A stretch of 64,000 bases of DNA from Eledone cirrhosa (GCA_964016885.1 OZ024757.1:37882001-37946000), one strand, 5' to 3'. Numbered from the stretch's first letter, positions 35,162 to 52,712 are shown. Numbers and translations are program-made. The notes: a model not told the origin generated them from the letters alone.

Positions 35162-35634
35162 ACAAAGGAATTGTGGTAAGGAACCAGATGGACCATTACG
35201 CATCAGAGTACTCAATACTTAGGGTAGAAGAGTGGGAAATAGGAAAAAAGTATGACGCCGACGGCAGAGCTCAAGCTGTTTCGACGGCTATTTATGGACT
35301 AATTTAGAATTTTTAGCCTGGTGAATAAATAGCCGAACTTGTCAAGGGGGTACTTCCTTATATGGGAAGATTGTAGTTGTCAAGAGGATTGGTTAAAATT
35401 TGTTGTAAACACAAATAAGTCTATCATGGCATTTGGTGATAGACTGATGATAGACTTATTTGTGTTTACAACAAATTTTAACCAATCCTCTTGACAACTA
35501 CAATCTTCCCATATAAGGAAGTACCCCCTTGACAAGTTCGGCTATTTATTCACCAGGCTAAAAATTTTAATTTAATCCAGAAATAGCCGTCGAAAGGGCT
35601 TGAGCTCTGCCGTCGGGGACATACTTTTTCCTAT
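35161..35634. mobile_element. Longest family F cassette: palindrome of about 400 bp with an HHR on each strand
   Basis: Arms 35239-35428 and 35447-35634. Flanked by TA. Confidence 0.9.
35524..35618 (+). ncRNA. Hammerhead family F with U3-A8 core variant
   Basis: cccc-TTGACAA-gtt cggctattt...aaatagccg tc-GAA-agggc ttgagctct gccgt-C-gggg. Mirror copy at about 35256-35350 on the minus strand. Confidence 0.7.
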
Positions 35635-35866
35635 ATATATATCTATATATATATATGTATGTGTATATATATATATATGTATATATATATAATGTATATC
35701 TATCTATATATATATATATGTATATATATATAATGTATATCTATCTCTATATATATATATGTATATATATATAATGTATATCTATCTCTATATATATATA
35801 TGTATATATATATATAATGTATATCTATCTATATATATATGTATATATATATAATGTATATCTATC

Positions 35867-35898
<32 letters not shown>

Positions 35899-36021
35899 AT
35901 GTATATCTATCTATATATATATATATCTATATATATATGTATATATATATATATACATACATATAAAAATATATGTATATATATATATATGTATATATAT
36001 ATATAAGTATGTATATACATA

Positions 36022-36062
<41 letters not shown>

Positions 36063-36119
36063 GCATATATATATATATGCATATATATATATATATACAT
36101 ACATATAAAAATATATATG

Positions 36120-36177
<58 letters not shown>

Positions 36178-36339
36178 TATGTATATATACATATATATAT
36201 ATGTAAATATACATATATATACATATATATATATATGTAAATATACATATATATACATATATATATATATGTAAATATACATATATATACATATATATAT
36301 ATATGTAAATATACATATATATACATATATATATATATG

Positions 36340-36408
<69 letters not shown>

Positions 36409-36500
36409 GTATATATATATGTATGTATATATATATATATATACATACATATATAAATATATATATATATATAAGTATATGTATATATATATGTATATAT

Positions 36501-36539
<39 letters not shown>

Positions 36540-36585
36540 CATATATATATATTTATATATATATATATATATATATATGTGTATA

Positions 36586-36635
<50 letters not shown>

Positions 36636-37034
36636 CATACATATATAAAAATATATATATATACATACATATATAAAAAAAAAAATATATATATATGTAT
36701 ATATATATATACACTCTATTTACCCTCTCTCACATTCCTCTATATACGTGTGTGTTGTGTGTGTGTCTAACCCTTACATTTAAATTCTCAAGCCTTGCTC
36801 TGTCACCTCACATCTCAGATTTGTCTTATTATAAATGACAAGAGGATAACTAACAAGATGAGAAAGACGCTCCCAAGATGACATGAAAGCTATATCTCAC
36901 TCGTTTTATCTCAGATTTAACCAAACTTCTTTCCATCCCCATGTTTCTCTTTACATCTAACACCTAGCCTTTCTCTCTCTCTCACCCCCCTCTCTCTCAC
37001 CCCCTCTCTCTCCCATCTCTCTCCCTCTCTCTCT

Positions 37035-37116
<82 letters not shown>

Positions 37117-37290
37117 TAGGTATATATATATTATGTATATATATATATATATTAGGTATATATATATTATGTATATATATATATATTATATATATATGCA
37201 TATATATAAATATATATATATATTATATATATATGCATATATATAAATATATATACATATATATACATATACACATACATATATATATAA

Positions 37291-37331
<41 letters not shown>

Positions 37332-37348
37332 AATACATATATATATAA

Positions 37349-37385
<37 letters not shown>

Positions 37386-37390
37386 AATAC

Positions 37391-37441
<51 letters not shown>

Positions 37442-37466
37442 CATATATATACATATATATATATAC

Positions 37467-37533
<67 letters not shown>

Positions 37534-38719
37534 TCGCGTGTGTGTATCTATATACATATACACATTTGTAACTTTGTGACCATCGTGGTACATTCAACAT
37601 GTTCGTTGCTACACGTGTTTATGTGGATATATTATAATGCCTGGTTATAAATATCTATACGATTCTTAATATCCGCACATTCAGCTTCTTGCTTTGCTGT
37701 CACTCCCTCACTCACTCACTCGCTCTCTCTCTCTCTATCTCTCTCTCTCTCCCCCTCTCGCTCTCTCTTTCTCTCTCCCCCTCTCGCTCTCTCTTTCTCA
37801 CTTTCTTTCTCTTTCTCTCACACACTATCTCCATCTATTTATCTCACTCTGTTTATCTCTGACCCTTTTTCTTTTCCCCTCTCTAACTTTCATTCTCTTT
37901 TTCTTTCTATTTATCCTCTCCTCTCCTCGCTCAATCCATTCTTATCTCGTCCCGTACCCCTCTCTCTCTCTCCGTCTCCTGTCCCCTCATGTCCCGTGCC
38001 TCTCTCTGTCTATGCTCTCCTACGCTCTCTCAATCCACCTCACCCCACCCTTTCCGGTCTCTCTCTATACGGTCCTTCACTGAATCAATCCATCTCTCGT
38101 CCTGCCCCCTCCCCATATATCCACCCCTCTCCTTCCCCCACTCCCTCGCTCCACCCCTCTCTCTATCTCTCATCTATATACTAACTCCCTCTCCCTGCTA
38201 CTCCTATTACTGATTATTCCTCCTTATCTGTCGTTCACACAAGCAACGCTCTCTTTACGTCTATCTCTGATGTTTTCACTCCCACCCTCCCTTTATTTAT
38301 TTTTATTTTATTCGTTTTTCCTTTCTCTAAATCCAAATAAGTGTTTACTTTAAATGGAAAATTCCGTTCCTTTTATTTTTGTATTTGAAGACTTGACTTT
38401 TCTTGACATTCCTTGATTTGGCTTTGTGAGATAGCAATAGAATTGAAGACATTATAAGAATACAAACGGTTACTGTTTTATGCTATTGTCTTATTCTAAA
38501 ATGGTAAAGCTTATTTTCTTTTATAGTTCATATAAATCAAAATCTGGATAATATTTGACGTGGTGTGTAAGTTGGTTGTGGCGGTGATGCATGTAATGTT
38601 TGCTTGTAGAAATTTTCTTTAAGATAAATGACGTTTATCATAGAGAGAACGTCGCTGCATATTTTGATAAATCTAACATGTAGCTTGTTAGTTAGAAAGC
38701 CTAGAACATGTATCTTAGT

Positions 38720-39750
38720 GTATGACGGCGGCGTATGTGTGCTCGCGTGTGATCTCGCGTGCTAGCGTATATATGAGTTCATGCACATGTATGAATATCT
38801 GTGTGTGGGTATGTATGTCTGTTGGGTTTATGTACATGTGGGCGTTTGTGTATGCATGCAGCATATGTATGTTTGTGCGTCTGTGTGTGTATATTCTCGT
38901 TTGTATATGCGAGTGCATGCAACATATGTATGTCTATGTGTAGGTATGTGTGTCTGGGAGGGTGTATGTGCTTGCGTATGTGTGTGTGTGAGTGCATGTG
39001 CATGTATGTAATTCTGTGCATTGGTATGTGTGTATATGCTCGTGCGTGTCGCGTGTGCAATCGCATGTATATATGTCTTTCTGTGTGTGTGTATGTGTGT
39101 CAATGGGTGAAGGTGCTCACGTGTGTATGCGTGTGCAAGCGCATGCGTGTATATGTGTAGGTGTATGTTCTTGTGTGCATATGCGTGTGAATGCGCATGT
39201 GCGTCTGTGGGTGTATATGCTCGCGTGTTCATGCGAATGTATGCTCACACATTTATCTATATGTGTGTGTGTCTGCGTGTGTGTATACGGGTTCGTTGCA
39301 TTGTGTCTGTGAGTCTATATGTGTTTATGCGCGCAAGTGTGTTGCTTATCTTTGTGCATATGGATGTGTGGACACGTGTGTGTCTCTCTGTGGCAGTGGG
39401 TGTCCTTGTATGTCTGCTTATGTGTGAGTGTGTGCATCTGTGAGTGTGTGCATCTGTGTGTTTGTGCATATGTGTCTCTCTGAGTGCTTGCGTTTGTACT
39501 TGTGTCTATTTGTGTGTGATCCTATATATGAATGTGTGTTTGTGTGTGATCCTATATATGAATGTGTGTTTGTGTGTGATTGTGTGTCTGTGCACAATTA
39601 TGTGTGTGCATGTGTGTTTGTGTGTGTGTGTGTGTGTTTGCGTGTGATCCTATATGGGATCGTGTGTGTTTGTGCATTTGCGTATTTGTATGTGTATATT
39701 TACTGTCGTGTGTCTGTGTCTGTGGGAATGTGACAGTGTTTGTGTATTTA
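38720..39750. repeat. Degenerate (GT/RY)n low-complexity tract
   Basis: About 1 kb of alternating purine-pyrimidine sequence. Confidence 0.85.
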
Positions 39751-40436
39751 TTGAAACCTGTGTAAGGAGATAGAGATGGCAAACTAAAGGTTAGTGTAGG
39801 GGCTGGTAGGTGGTTGTATAATCATATTGTTTGCAGTATCAGCCGGTATAAAGACATCAAAATGCAAACAAATGAAAGAAAGAAACAAACAAAATAAAAG
39901 ATGGATGTAAAAAAGAAAGAAAGAAACAAACAAACAAAGACAAAAATAAATAAAGATATAAAAACAAGCAAACAAGACTAGTAAACAAAAGACAGATAAA
40001 TGAGACGCAGGTTTGTTCTAAGTAAACTTCAGCTGTCCTATTATGATTTTAAAACGTGATTTAGCGTGATTAGACGGAATTAGATTTGATTAAACGTGAT
40101 TTACATGGAATACATTGGCAAGCGTTTCTAAGTTATGGATTCCATTATTATAAATACTTAGTTGCTTTTATTTGTGAGGATGACGTTGTTGTTTTGGATG
40201 ATGCCGTTGTTTGATTTATTGTCAATAGTGTGAGAACCCGATGTGGGATCTAACTGCGATAATGGGAGCTCCTATGTACGTATGTACGATCCCGTAACTC
40301 CGTATAGAATCGTAATGGCGCCGTATTGAAATGCGTTGTTTCTCCAGGTCTGAGTAAAGCAGATTTCTTCCAGAGAAAGATAGAAAATGATAGATAGGAA
40401 ATGAGAAAGAGATATAGAGGAAGAATAGAACGCAGT

Positions 40437-40566
40437 ACTAGACTGGTACGTTTTTATAGAACCTTCAATGGACGAAAGACAAAGTTGACCTAGGCGGCAT
40501 TTGAACCGGAACAATACCATAAAACTATCTATCCGACGTTCTAACCATTCTGCCAATTCGCCGCCT
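40437..40566 (-). mobile_element. Diverged Nin-core tRNA SINE
   Basis: Minus strand: ggcggcgaattggcagaatggttag...ggttcaaatgccgcc...aaacgtaccagt. Confidence 0.7.
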
Positions 40567-41095
40567 TGAAAGCTCATACACGATACTAAAAACGATCAAC
40601 ACATATATTAAAGTATTTTAATCCCCACCACTTTTTGGCGGTGGGCCATGTTGTCCTAATATTGACCAAAAATAATCAAATACACCCACTGGTTTGGTTT
40701 TCAGTTCAGTTTCAATGTATATATATATATTTAATTTTGCCATAAATAATTTAGCTGGCAATCAATCTTTATTATTGACTGACCAACAGTTAAACATATA
40801 AATATAATATGTCAAAGTTCTTTCATCAAACATTTCTGTGACATATCCAGTGTTTATCACTTTGTTTTGTATATTGAAGTCAGAGAGAGAAATGTTGGTA
40901 AAAAAAAATTAAGGAAGCCTTGCTTATACCCAGACTTAACCCACAGATCAGTGACAATCGTTGGGTTTGTAGAGTGTATATGAAGTGACGATAACAATTG
41001 CAGCTATTTGTAAACACTTTATTACATATATGAAATAAAGTATATATATATATATATAATATATATATATATATAATATATATATAATATATATA

Positions 41096-41346
<251 letters not shown>

Positions 41347-41390
41347 CTTTGGATTTTAGTCTTGAAATTTATTATTATTACTATATATAT

Positions 41391-41437
<47 letters not shown>

Positions 41438-41451
41438 TATATAAATATATA

Positions 41452-41574
<123 letters not shown>

Positions 41575-41642
41575 CAATATATATATATATATACAATATA
41601 TATATATATACACATATATATATATATATACAATATATATAT

Positions 41643-41683
<41 letters not shown>

Positions 41684-41728
41684 TATACATATATGTATAT
41701 ACATATATATATACATATATATATATAC

Positions 41729-41773
<45 letters not shown>

Positions 41774-41864
41774 CATATATATATACATATATACATATAT
41801 ATATATATACATATATATATACATATATATATATATACATATATATATACATATATATATATAC

Positions 41865-41901
<37 letters not shown>

Positions 41902-42312
41902 CATATATATATACATATATATATACATATATATATATACACATATATATACACATATATATACACATATATATACACACATATATATATGTATATAATC
42001 CCTTTCTCGTGAAATACATTCTTAATTATAAGGTGTAATAGATACAGCCCTTAGTGTTTCATTACTATAGAGAAGGAATTGCATTGTATTACGAACTACT
42101 CATGAATTGAACCCAGTCACACATGCTGGTGATAGTCTTGTAGATTGGAAATAAGGAGCCCTGGTATTGCAGCAAATTATCTGATAAAAAACCTGTATAT
42201 ATACGTATACATACATACACAGTATATATACATATATATATATATACGTGTGTGTGTGTATGTATATGTATATACATATATATAAATATAGATATATACA
42301 TATATATATATG

Positions 42313-42437
<125 letters not shown>

Positions 42438-43418
42438 ACTAATAACCATTAAACATGTTGAAGCTGCGACCAATTTCATTTGGAAAATCCTTAAAAATAA
42501 GAACAAATTATATGCTATAAATATATATACACAAAATAGAGAATATTAAAGCAATGTATAAAGAAATAGAATATACAAGTCCACGAAGAAGAGAATCTTC
42601 TATATATCGAGGAAGAAGAAACATATCAGATATATAAACCAGTAGTGGGAATCATGCTATCAATAAAAGTACATACATATGTCTTATTTCTTATTTTTTG
42701 AGAGAGAGGTTACCAGGATCGGGTTTGAACTGAAAGGGTACAGGCGCAACCCTTTCCGCAAAATATTTCCATCGATATACTTCAGATTTTGTAAAATCAC
42801 GCAGACAAAACAAAACAAGACAAACAAACAAAACATGTGAAGAAGATATTTGACATTTAAATATAAAGTAAGCGAAAGTCATCTTGACGAATCTGAAAGA
42901 CACTTGCCAGACAATTCGTAAGCCGCAGTTGTAATATAAGAAGACAGATGCTAAGTGAAGAGCCTACACAGGTGGGCGAAAAAGCTACTCAATGGATTCT
43001 AAATACAATATATTCATTGATAAATATATATATATATGTGTATATATATTTATATTTATATATGTATATATATATATATTTATATTTATATATGTATATA
43101 TATATATTTATATTTATATATGTAATATATATAGTTATATTTACATATATATATGTATATAGTCAGTTTAAGCGTCTGCATAGACCAAGTATTGATTTCA
43201 AGCCATGACAGACTAAGGCATGTATCCAATAACTTTATAATTAAGAATTAAAAAGAAGTGGGAGGCATATGTGGACACACACACACATACACACACACAC
43301 ACACTTACACACACACATACATACATATATATATATCAGGATTTAACCAGCTTTAAACTAGTAAGTCCATTTTACTGCAGAGTATTCGGTACTTAAGATA
43401 GTCTAGTCAAGTGTGAAC

Positions 43419-43471
<53 letters not shown>

Positions 43472-43782
43472 ATGAGCTGACGAATGAAATTTGAATAGTA
43501 CTAGAAATATATCTTAGTGTCTATTAAAAGTCTCAGTTTAAAAGCTAATACATAAAGCTGATTATTGTAAAGTAATATGAATAAAAACTGCATCTACTTA
43601 TATATTGAATAATTATTAGCCGTATAGAAGTTGAACCACTTTGGGATAGAGAAATAAGAGAGAACAAAATATAGAACTTAATATAAAAATATAAAATGTA
43701 TAGAAAGATCAAGATTTTTACATCAAAATACTAAAATAAATTAATGACAAATACACACACTCGCACATGTATTTATATATAA

Positions 43783-43817
<35 letters not shown>

Positions 43818-43818
43818 C

Positions 43819-44011
43819 AGGAAAAGAGTCGGGACCCCGACGGCTGAGCTCAAGCCGTTTCGACGGCTAATTCAGTCCAGAATTAGCCGTCGAAACGGTT
43901 TGAGCTCAGCCGTCGGGGTCTTACTTGTTCCTATTACCCACTTTACTACCCTAAGTATTGAGTACTTTGGTGCGTTATGGTCCACCTGGTTCCTTACCAC
44001 ATTTCCTTCGT

Positions 44012-44012
<1 letters not shown>
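43819..44012. mobile_element. Family F cassette, fold-back at stem II
   Basis: Palindrome about 43832-43920. The 3' end catttccttcgtt abuts (TA)n. Confidence 0.85.
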
Positions 44013-44069
<57 letters not shown>

Positions 44070-44399
44070 AAGATTAGGGATTGTAACTTCTATTTACTGT
44101 TGGTACACCAAAGAGAGCAGTTGATGCGTGGTCTCCAGTATCTTCTTCTGAGTTGTACTAACACTAAGCAGAGTGTAATAATAAAGATAAGCATGGACGA
44201 GGTGTCAAATTTTCTTTACGTTTCTCTCTCTCTCTCTATATATATATATATTGAGTCAGAATATTTTTCGAAACAACGAGTTGGTTTGAAATTATTATAA
44301 ATATAAGCTATCGCCGTATTTTGACTAAAGCAATTAAAGAAATTATTTAGCCTGATAGTGGGGTTAAGAACCCTCGGTGAAACGGAAAAAGATGAGTAT

Positions 44400-44467
44400 T
44401 GACGTACATGGGAGTCGAACCGACATCTTTGGTTATCCAGACCACTGTGCTACCATTTACACCAACA
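44400..44467 (-). pseudogene. tRNA-like sequence (pseudogene or SINE head)
   Basis: Minus strand: tggtgtaaatggtagca (A box), tggt-ctggata-acca arm, ggttcgactcc (B box). The acceptor stem is poor. Confidence 0.6.
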
Positions 44468-44480
44468 CACATATATATAT

Positions 44481-44654
44481 AACGAGGGAAGTGTGGTAAG
44501 GAACCAGGTGGACCATAAAGCACCAGAGTACTCGATACTTTAGGTAGTAGAGTGAGTCATAGGAAAAGAGTCAGGAGCCCGACGGACTCAGAATCCTGAA
44601 ATAGTCGTCGAAACGGCTTGAGCTCTGCCGTCGGAGTCCTGAACCCATTCCTAT
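44481..44654. mobile_element. Family F cassette, fold-back
   Basis: Homologous to 17761-17947. Confidence 0.8.
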
Positions 44655-44811
44655 ATATATATGTGTGTGTGTGTATGTGTGTGTGCCTTTCTACGTTATG
44701 AATGATGGAACGTAGAAAAAAGAAAGCCTGGTATACACTATTTTAGTATATTATATATATATGTATATATATGTATATACGTATATATATATGTATGTAT
44801 GTATATATATG

Positions 44812-44843
<32 letters not shown>

Positions 44844-44875
44844 TATATATATGTATGTATATATATATATATATG

Positions 44876-44922
<47 letters not shown>

Positions 44923-45195
44923 GCATGTATATATGTATATATATATGCATGTATGTATATATTATGCATGTATGTATGTATATATATATGCATGTATGTA
45001 TGTATATATATATATGCATGTATGTATGCATATATATATGCATGTATGTATGCATATATATATGCATGTATGTATGTGTATATATATATATGCATGCATA
45101 TATGTATATATATATATGCATGTATATATATATATGTGTATATATATGTGTATATATATATATATATATGCATGTATATATATATATATATATAT

Positions 45196-45725
45196 ATTGA
45201 CTCTTAAGAGCTCCTTTGCCCTTTGACAGGTTTTGTTTTTAGTCCCGCAGGATGTCCAAAGTCACCCTCCTCACCAAGAAACCTTTGTGGGGTTGCCAGT
45301 TTAGTCGCCAACGACCCCACCATGAGAGATGACCCCTTAGCCTTTGTCAAGGCAGAATTCTAGGAGAAGGAAAACTCTGATATAACACCTGCAACTCTGA
45401 TGGTATCCAATGATGTTGACTTGTTCTTCTTTTTGGTAAATATCATCTTGGTTAAGAGAGTTGGACTGGCTTTGTGCAGTGCCTTTACTCACTATAAAAG
45501 CTTCACGGCACAGGCATTGCTTTATATCTTGAGATCTCTCCGCACTTGTCGTCACATGGTACCATGGGCCCAGCACTATGTGTCAATAATTGTCACAAGT
45601 GTAGTGTTTGTACCAGAGTTTTCAAGTCGCTGGCTGGACTAAGTCACACTTGTTCAGCGCATCGGTAGGAGTTCTCCTACATGGATATAAAGTAGTGGCC
45701 GTACTTGAAAACGAGTTGGCAGCCA

Positions 45726-45727
<2 letters not shown>
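45196..45727 (+). mobile_element. Bipartite RTE-derived element, copy 2, 5'-inverted
   Basis: 45196-45325 is the reverse complement of about 20663-20793. The remainder is direct. Confidence 0.8.
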
Positions 45728-47984
<2,257 letters not shown>

Positions 47985-47987
47985 TTT

Positions 47988-48135
47988 AACCCGGGTTCAA
48001 TCTGGGGTAACCACAATAAGTAAGGTACTCAATACAAAGCAGACTATAAATATTTGATATAAAAAAACTGCTACAGGACTAGAACTGTTTCATTCGTGAG
48101 AAATCAAACAGTGCTTGTCATGTAGAAGCTTTTCT

Positions 48136-48136
<1 letters not shown>
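47988..48136. mobile_element. Family G cassette, degenerate fold-back
   Basis: Homologous to 2876-3038. Confidence 0.75.
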
Positions 48137-48211
<75 letters not shown>

Positions 48212-48266
48212 AATGTATATTAATTCAAAATATTAATAAATATAGACATTCATCTAATGAAATATA

Positions 48267-48326
48267 TTTTATTATATATATTTCGGAGGTACTGTGCTGT
48301 TTCCTCGGTACATGCTCATCAAATAT
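48267..48326 (-). ncRNA. Decayed hammerhead related to family H
   Basis: Minus strand: tat-TTGATGA-gcatgtac...gtacctcc-GAA-at atat at-A-ata. Confidence 0.55.
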
Positions 48327-48442
48327 GTAAACATGTAAATATTTAAATTGATGTATGACATACCTCAACTGTGCGGATGGTTCAATTCCAGTCTTGGCAG
48401 TCTTTTGGTTATATATATATATATATATATATATATACAAAT

Positions 48443-48671
48443 AAAGCTTCAGCGAGAATAGCATTTTCGGCGGGCAGGAAAAGCGTAGCGAACCGCAAAA
48501 ATCAGAAATGATATTGGCAAAGTTCTCAATAGTTACAAACCATCGTTAAACAATGTGTTAAGAAGCCATACAAAACTGAAAAGGTGGTCAAGAATGCATT
48601 AACCACCCAAGCCAAAAAACAAATCAAGCTAAACAAGTCAAAACGAAATAAATGATAAAAAATAAGTGATA
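48443..48671 (+). repeat. Unclassified dispersed repeat (partner of 2240-2476)
   Basis: Manual alignment. Confidence 0.75.
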
Positions 48672-48678
48672 ACCAGAC

Positions 48679-48723
<45 letters not shown>

Positions 48724-49006
48724 TTAATAGGGCGTGGAAAATAAATATATACATATAAACCAGGTCAGATAATTTATTTCATCTCAGCTCATAAGAATAA
48801 AACACAGATTTGTTCTTGGCCGGGTTTGAAATCCTTTTTGTTAAATAGAGATGGTTGAATACCGCAACATATTAGATTTACCACCTATATGTGTTGAGGA
48901 AGAGGATGATGTTGTCTTTGCTGTTGTTGTCGTTGCTGTTGTTGTTTTGGTTGTTGTTGTTGTCGTTGATATGGAAGTGGATATAGGTTGTGGTGGTTTA
49001 GGATAA

Positions 49007-49187
49007 TTGTTTCTACTTGTTGGCACAAGGCCAGCAATTACCCAGTGCATTACTGGTACTTTATTTTATCGACCCCGTAAAGATGAAAGGCAAAGTCAAC
49101 CTCAGCGGGATTTGAACTCAGATCGTTAAGGGACGTAACTATGCTGGAAAGCATGGCATCCGACTCTCTTCCGATACTGACAATCCA
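49007..49187 (-). mobile_element. Nin-core tRNA SINE
   Basis: Same family as 23107-23291. Confidence 0.85.
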
Positions 49188-49432
49188 ATAAATAAGATGG
49201 GTAAAAAATGGATTAGAAAAGAAGAGGAAAACGGAAAGAGTAAAAGAGAAGATGAAGAAGAAGAAGAATGAGATGAAGTAGATTAAGGAGAAGAAGAAGA
49301 AGATGAAGGGGATGAAGGTGAAGAAGAAGATGGAGAAGATAAAGCGGGAGAAGGAGAAGAAGAAGGAGGCGGAGAAGAAGACTGAGAAGGAGAATGCGGC
49401 GAAGAAAGAGAAGTAGAAGGAGAATAATAATA

Positions 49433-49608
49433 ATTGTTTCTATTTTGGCAAAAGGCCAGCAATTACCCAGTGTATTACTGGTACTTTATTTTATCCACCC
49501 CGTAAGGATGAAAGGCAAAGTTAACCTCGGCGGGATTTGAACTCAGACCGTAAAGGGACGTAACTATGATAGAAAGCATGGCGTCCAGCCCTCAACCGAT
49601 ACTGCCAA
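49433..49608 (-). mobile_element. Nin-core tRNA SINE
   Basis: Same family. Separated from the previous copy by a GAA-rich tract. Confidence 0.85.
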
Positions 49609-50376
49609 TATAATAATAAGAAGACAAAAAGGAGGCGGAGAAGAAAAATGAGGCGACAAAGAAGGAAGGAGAAAAAAGAAAAAGGAGAATAAGAAGAATA
49701 AGAAGAAGGAGGAGAAAGAGAAGGAGGAGGAAAGAGAAGAAGAAGAAGAAAAACCAAACGACCAAAGAAACAAACAACCAGTAAAGAATTATATAAAACA
49801 TAAAACCACGATCAAAAATGAGAGGTTTATTCTAACGTATAAACAGAATGCTAAAACAAAAACAAACTATTAAAAGATATTTTTGAAAATCCGTACATGT
49901 TCCTGAATAAAAAATATGTAATATTTAGAGATTTATGTCATTTTCTCAAAAATACATGTTATTTTCTAACAACCAAAATAGAATATTCTATGCGAAAGGG
50001 AAATATTCAAATGACATAAGTTGCCTCAAGGCATTCATTAAAAGTAAAAGTGCAAAAGTGTATATAAATGGTGTTTTGTTGTAAACAATGTATGCATGCT
50101 TCGAACCCCCCTCCACCATCACCATCTACTGTCAATGTCTCTCTCCCTACACACAGAAACACACATATATATATATATATATATGCACGTATATATATAT
50201 ATGCACGTATATAGACATATATATACACAAATGTATATATGTATATACGTATGTATATACATACTTATATATATATGTATAAATATTAATATAAATATAT
50301 ATATATATATATGTGTATATATATATATATATACATATATACATATATGTATAAATATTAATATAAATATATATAT

Positions 50377-50804
50377 GTCAATGGCCATCCAAAATCACCG
50401 GGAGAGATGACCCCTTAGCCTTTGTCAAGGTAGAATTCTAGAAGGAAAAACTCTGATATAACACATGCAACTCTGATGGTATCCAATGATGCTGACTTTT
50501 TCTTCTTTTTGGTAAATATCATCTTGGTTAAGAGAGTGGGACTGGCTTTGTGCAGTGCCTTTGCTCACTATGAAAGCTTCACGGCACAGGCATTGCTTTA
50601 TATCTGGAGATCTCTCTGCACTTGTCGTCACATGGTACCATGGGCCCAGCACTATGTGTCAATAATTGTCACAAGTGTAGTGTTTGTACCAGAGTTTTCA
50701 AGTCGCTGGCTGGACTAAAAAGTCACACTCGTTCAGCGCATCGGTAGGAGTTCTCCTACATGGATATAAAGTAGTGGCCGTACTCGAAAACGAGTTGGCA
50801 GCCA

Positions 50805-50806
<2 letters not shown>
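50377..50806 (+). mobile_element. Bipartite RTE-derived element, copy 3 (5'-truncated)
   Basis: Matches 20788-21191. Confidence 0.8.
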
Positions 50807-50854
<48 letters not shown>

Positions 50855-51246
50855 CTATTTTCAGACTAATTTATACAGTTTAACTTCTTCACCTTGTCTT
50901 AATGTTTGACTCCTTGGTGTTCTTACATAGGTAATACACACACACACACACATACATACACACACAAACACACACCCACATACACCCACATACACCCACA
51001 CATACGAACGTGTGTTTCTTTTTCTACCTTATGTTCCCTTTCTTTTCCTCGTTCCTACCTCTGATCACTCTTTACTTATGATTTATCTTCTATTTCTAAA
51101 TCATATCTTCTGATGAAAGAATAATGTCCAAAATGTTAAGACTCTCTTCTTGGTATTTCAAGCGTTAAGCGTATAATACGCACATAAATACCTACATATG
51201 CCTACATACGTACATCAAGTGTATATATATATATATATGTTTGTGT

Positions 51247-51365
51247 GAAGGCGTGTGGCAGAGTCGTTGGAGAATTGGATTCGCAATCGTGAGGTTGTGA
51301 GTTCCATCCCGGGACCTGGCGATGTGTTATATCCTTGGACAAGACACTTTATTCCACGTTGCTCC
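51247..51365 (+). mobile_element. tRNA-derived SINE, second family
   Basis: tggcagagtcg...gagttccatccc...tccttggacaagacactttattccacgttgctcc. Confidence 0.65.
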
Positions 51366-52174
51366 TTCTACCAGGAGTTGCCAACGATAGATAGTATTAG
51401 CAATTGCTCTTTATATATATATATATACATGCATATGAACCATACTTTTGATTATAGTAAAATATCATCTTTGGAGTACAAATATACATGCATGAAAATA
51501 TGTTTAGAATGTAGAGTTTTCGAAATATATAAATGAATACCACTAGAAAAATAGACTTGCTTTGGAGAAGAAAAAAACGGAAATTGAGACATTTTCAATA
51601 GAATACAGAGGAACTTATAGCATGAAAATATTGTAAATGCGTGATATGGAAAATGAAATTGATCCATTTTGCCCTCGCTGAATACGAATATATAATATCA
51701 TTACATAGACTAGCATTCACCTATTTTCAAACTCATTTATACAGTTTAGATTTCAGACACGCAAATAGAAAGCGAATATTCTGCTGAAATGGCGGATCAC
51801 GCTATACTGAAATACAAGGGTTTTGAGTCAGTTGCTGGATACTTGGCTACGGATATGAAATTAATGAATACTGTATATGTGTTAAGAGAAGTTCTCGCGT
51901 ATTTGATTGGGATGTAAGTTGAGAGTAAATATACATAATGGAGAGAGTGAGAGATAGGTAGATAGATAGGTAGATAGATAGGTAGATAAGCAACGCAAGA
52001 GAGAAGGAGAGATAAAGAATGGAACAGAGTGAGAGAGTGAGAGAGTGAGAGAGTGAGAGAGTGAGAGAGAGAGAGAGAGAGAGGTATGAAGAATACAAGA
52101 GAAAGTGATGGAATCTGGAAGAAAGGAAATATGTAATGTAAAAAATTTAAACATATATATATGTATTTATATAA

Positions 52175-52238
<64 letters not shown>

Positions 52239-52311
52239 TTATATATTTATATTCCAAACGACTTAAACATATTTACATATTTATATATATATATATTTAT
52301 TTATATATATT

Positions 52312-52342
<31 letters not shown>

Positions 52343-52395
52343 ATATATTTATTTATATATATATTTATATATATATATTTATTTATATATATATT

Positions 52396-52426
<31 letters not shown>

Positions 52427-52449
52427 ATATATTTATTTATATATATATT

Positions 52450-52642
<193 letters not shown>

Positions 52643-52681
52643 ATATATATATTTGTATATATATATATATTTATATATATT

Positions 52682-52712
<31 letters not shown>

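Noticed and set aside
35239-35634. Palindromes interpreted as MITEs
   Set aside because: The arms are asymmetric copies of a linear element's 3' end, with different axes in each copy and no fixed terminal inverted repeats.
43487-43505. CTGACGA-at-GAAA hammerhead-like string
   Set aside because: There is no room for stem II, and no stem I or III pairing.
44349-44390. CTGATAG-ggggtt..aaccc-GAAAC
   Set aside because: The core is non-canonical and stems I and III do not form.
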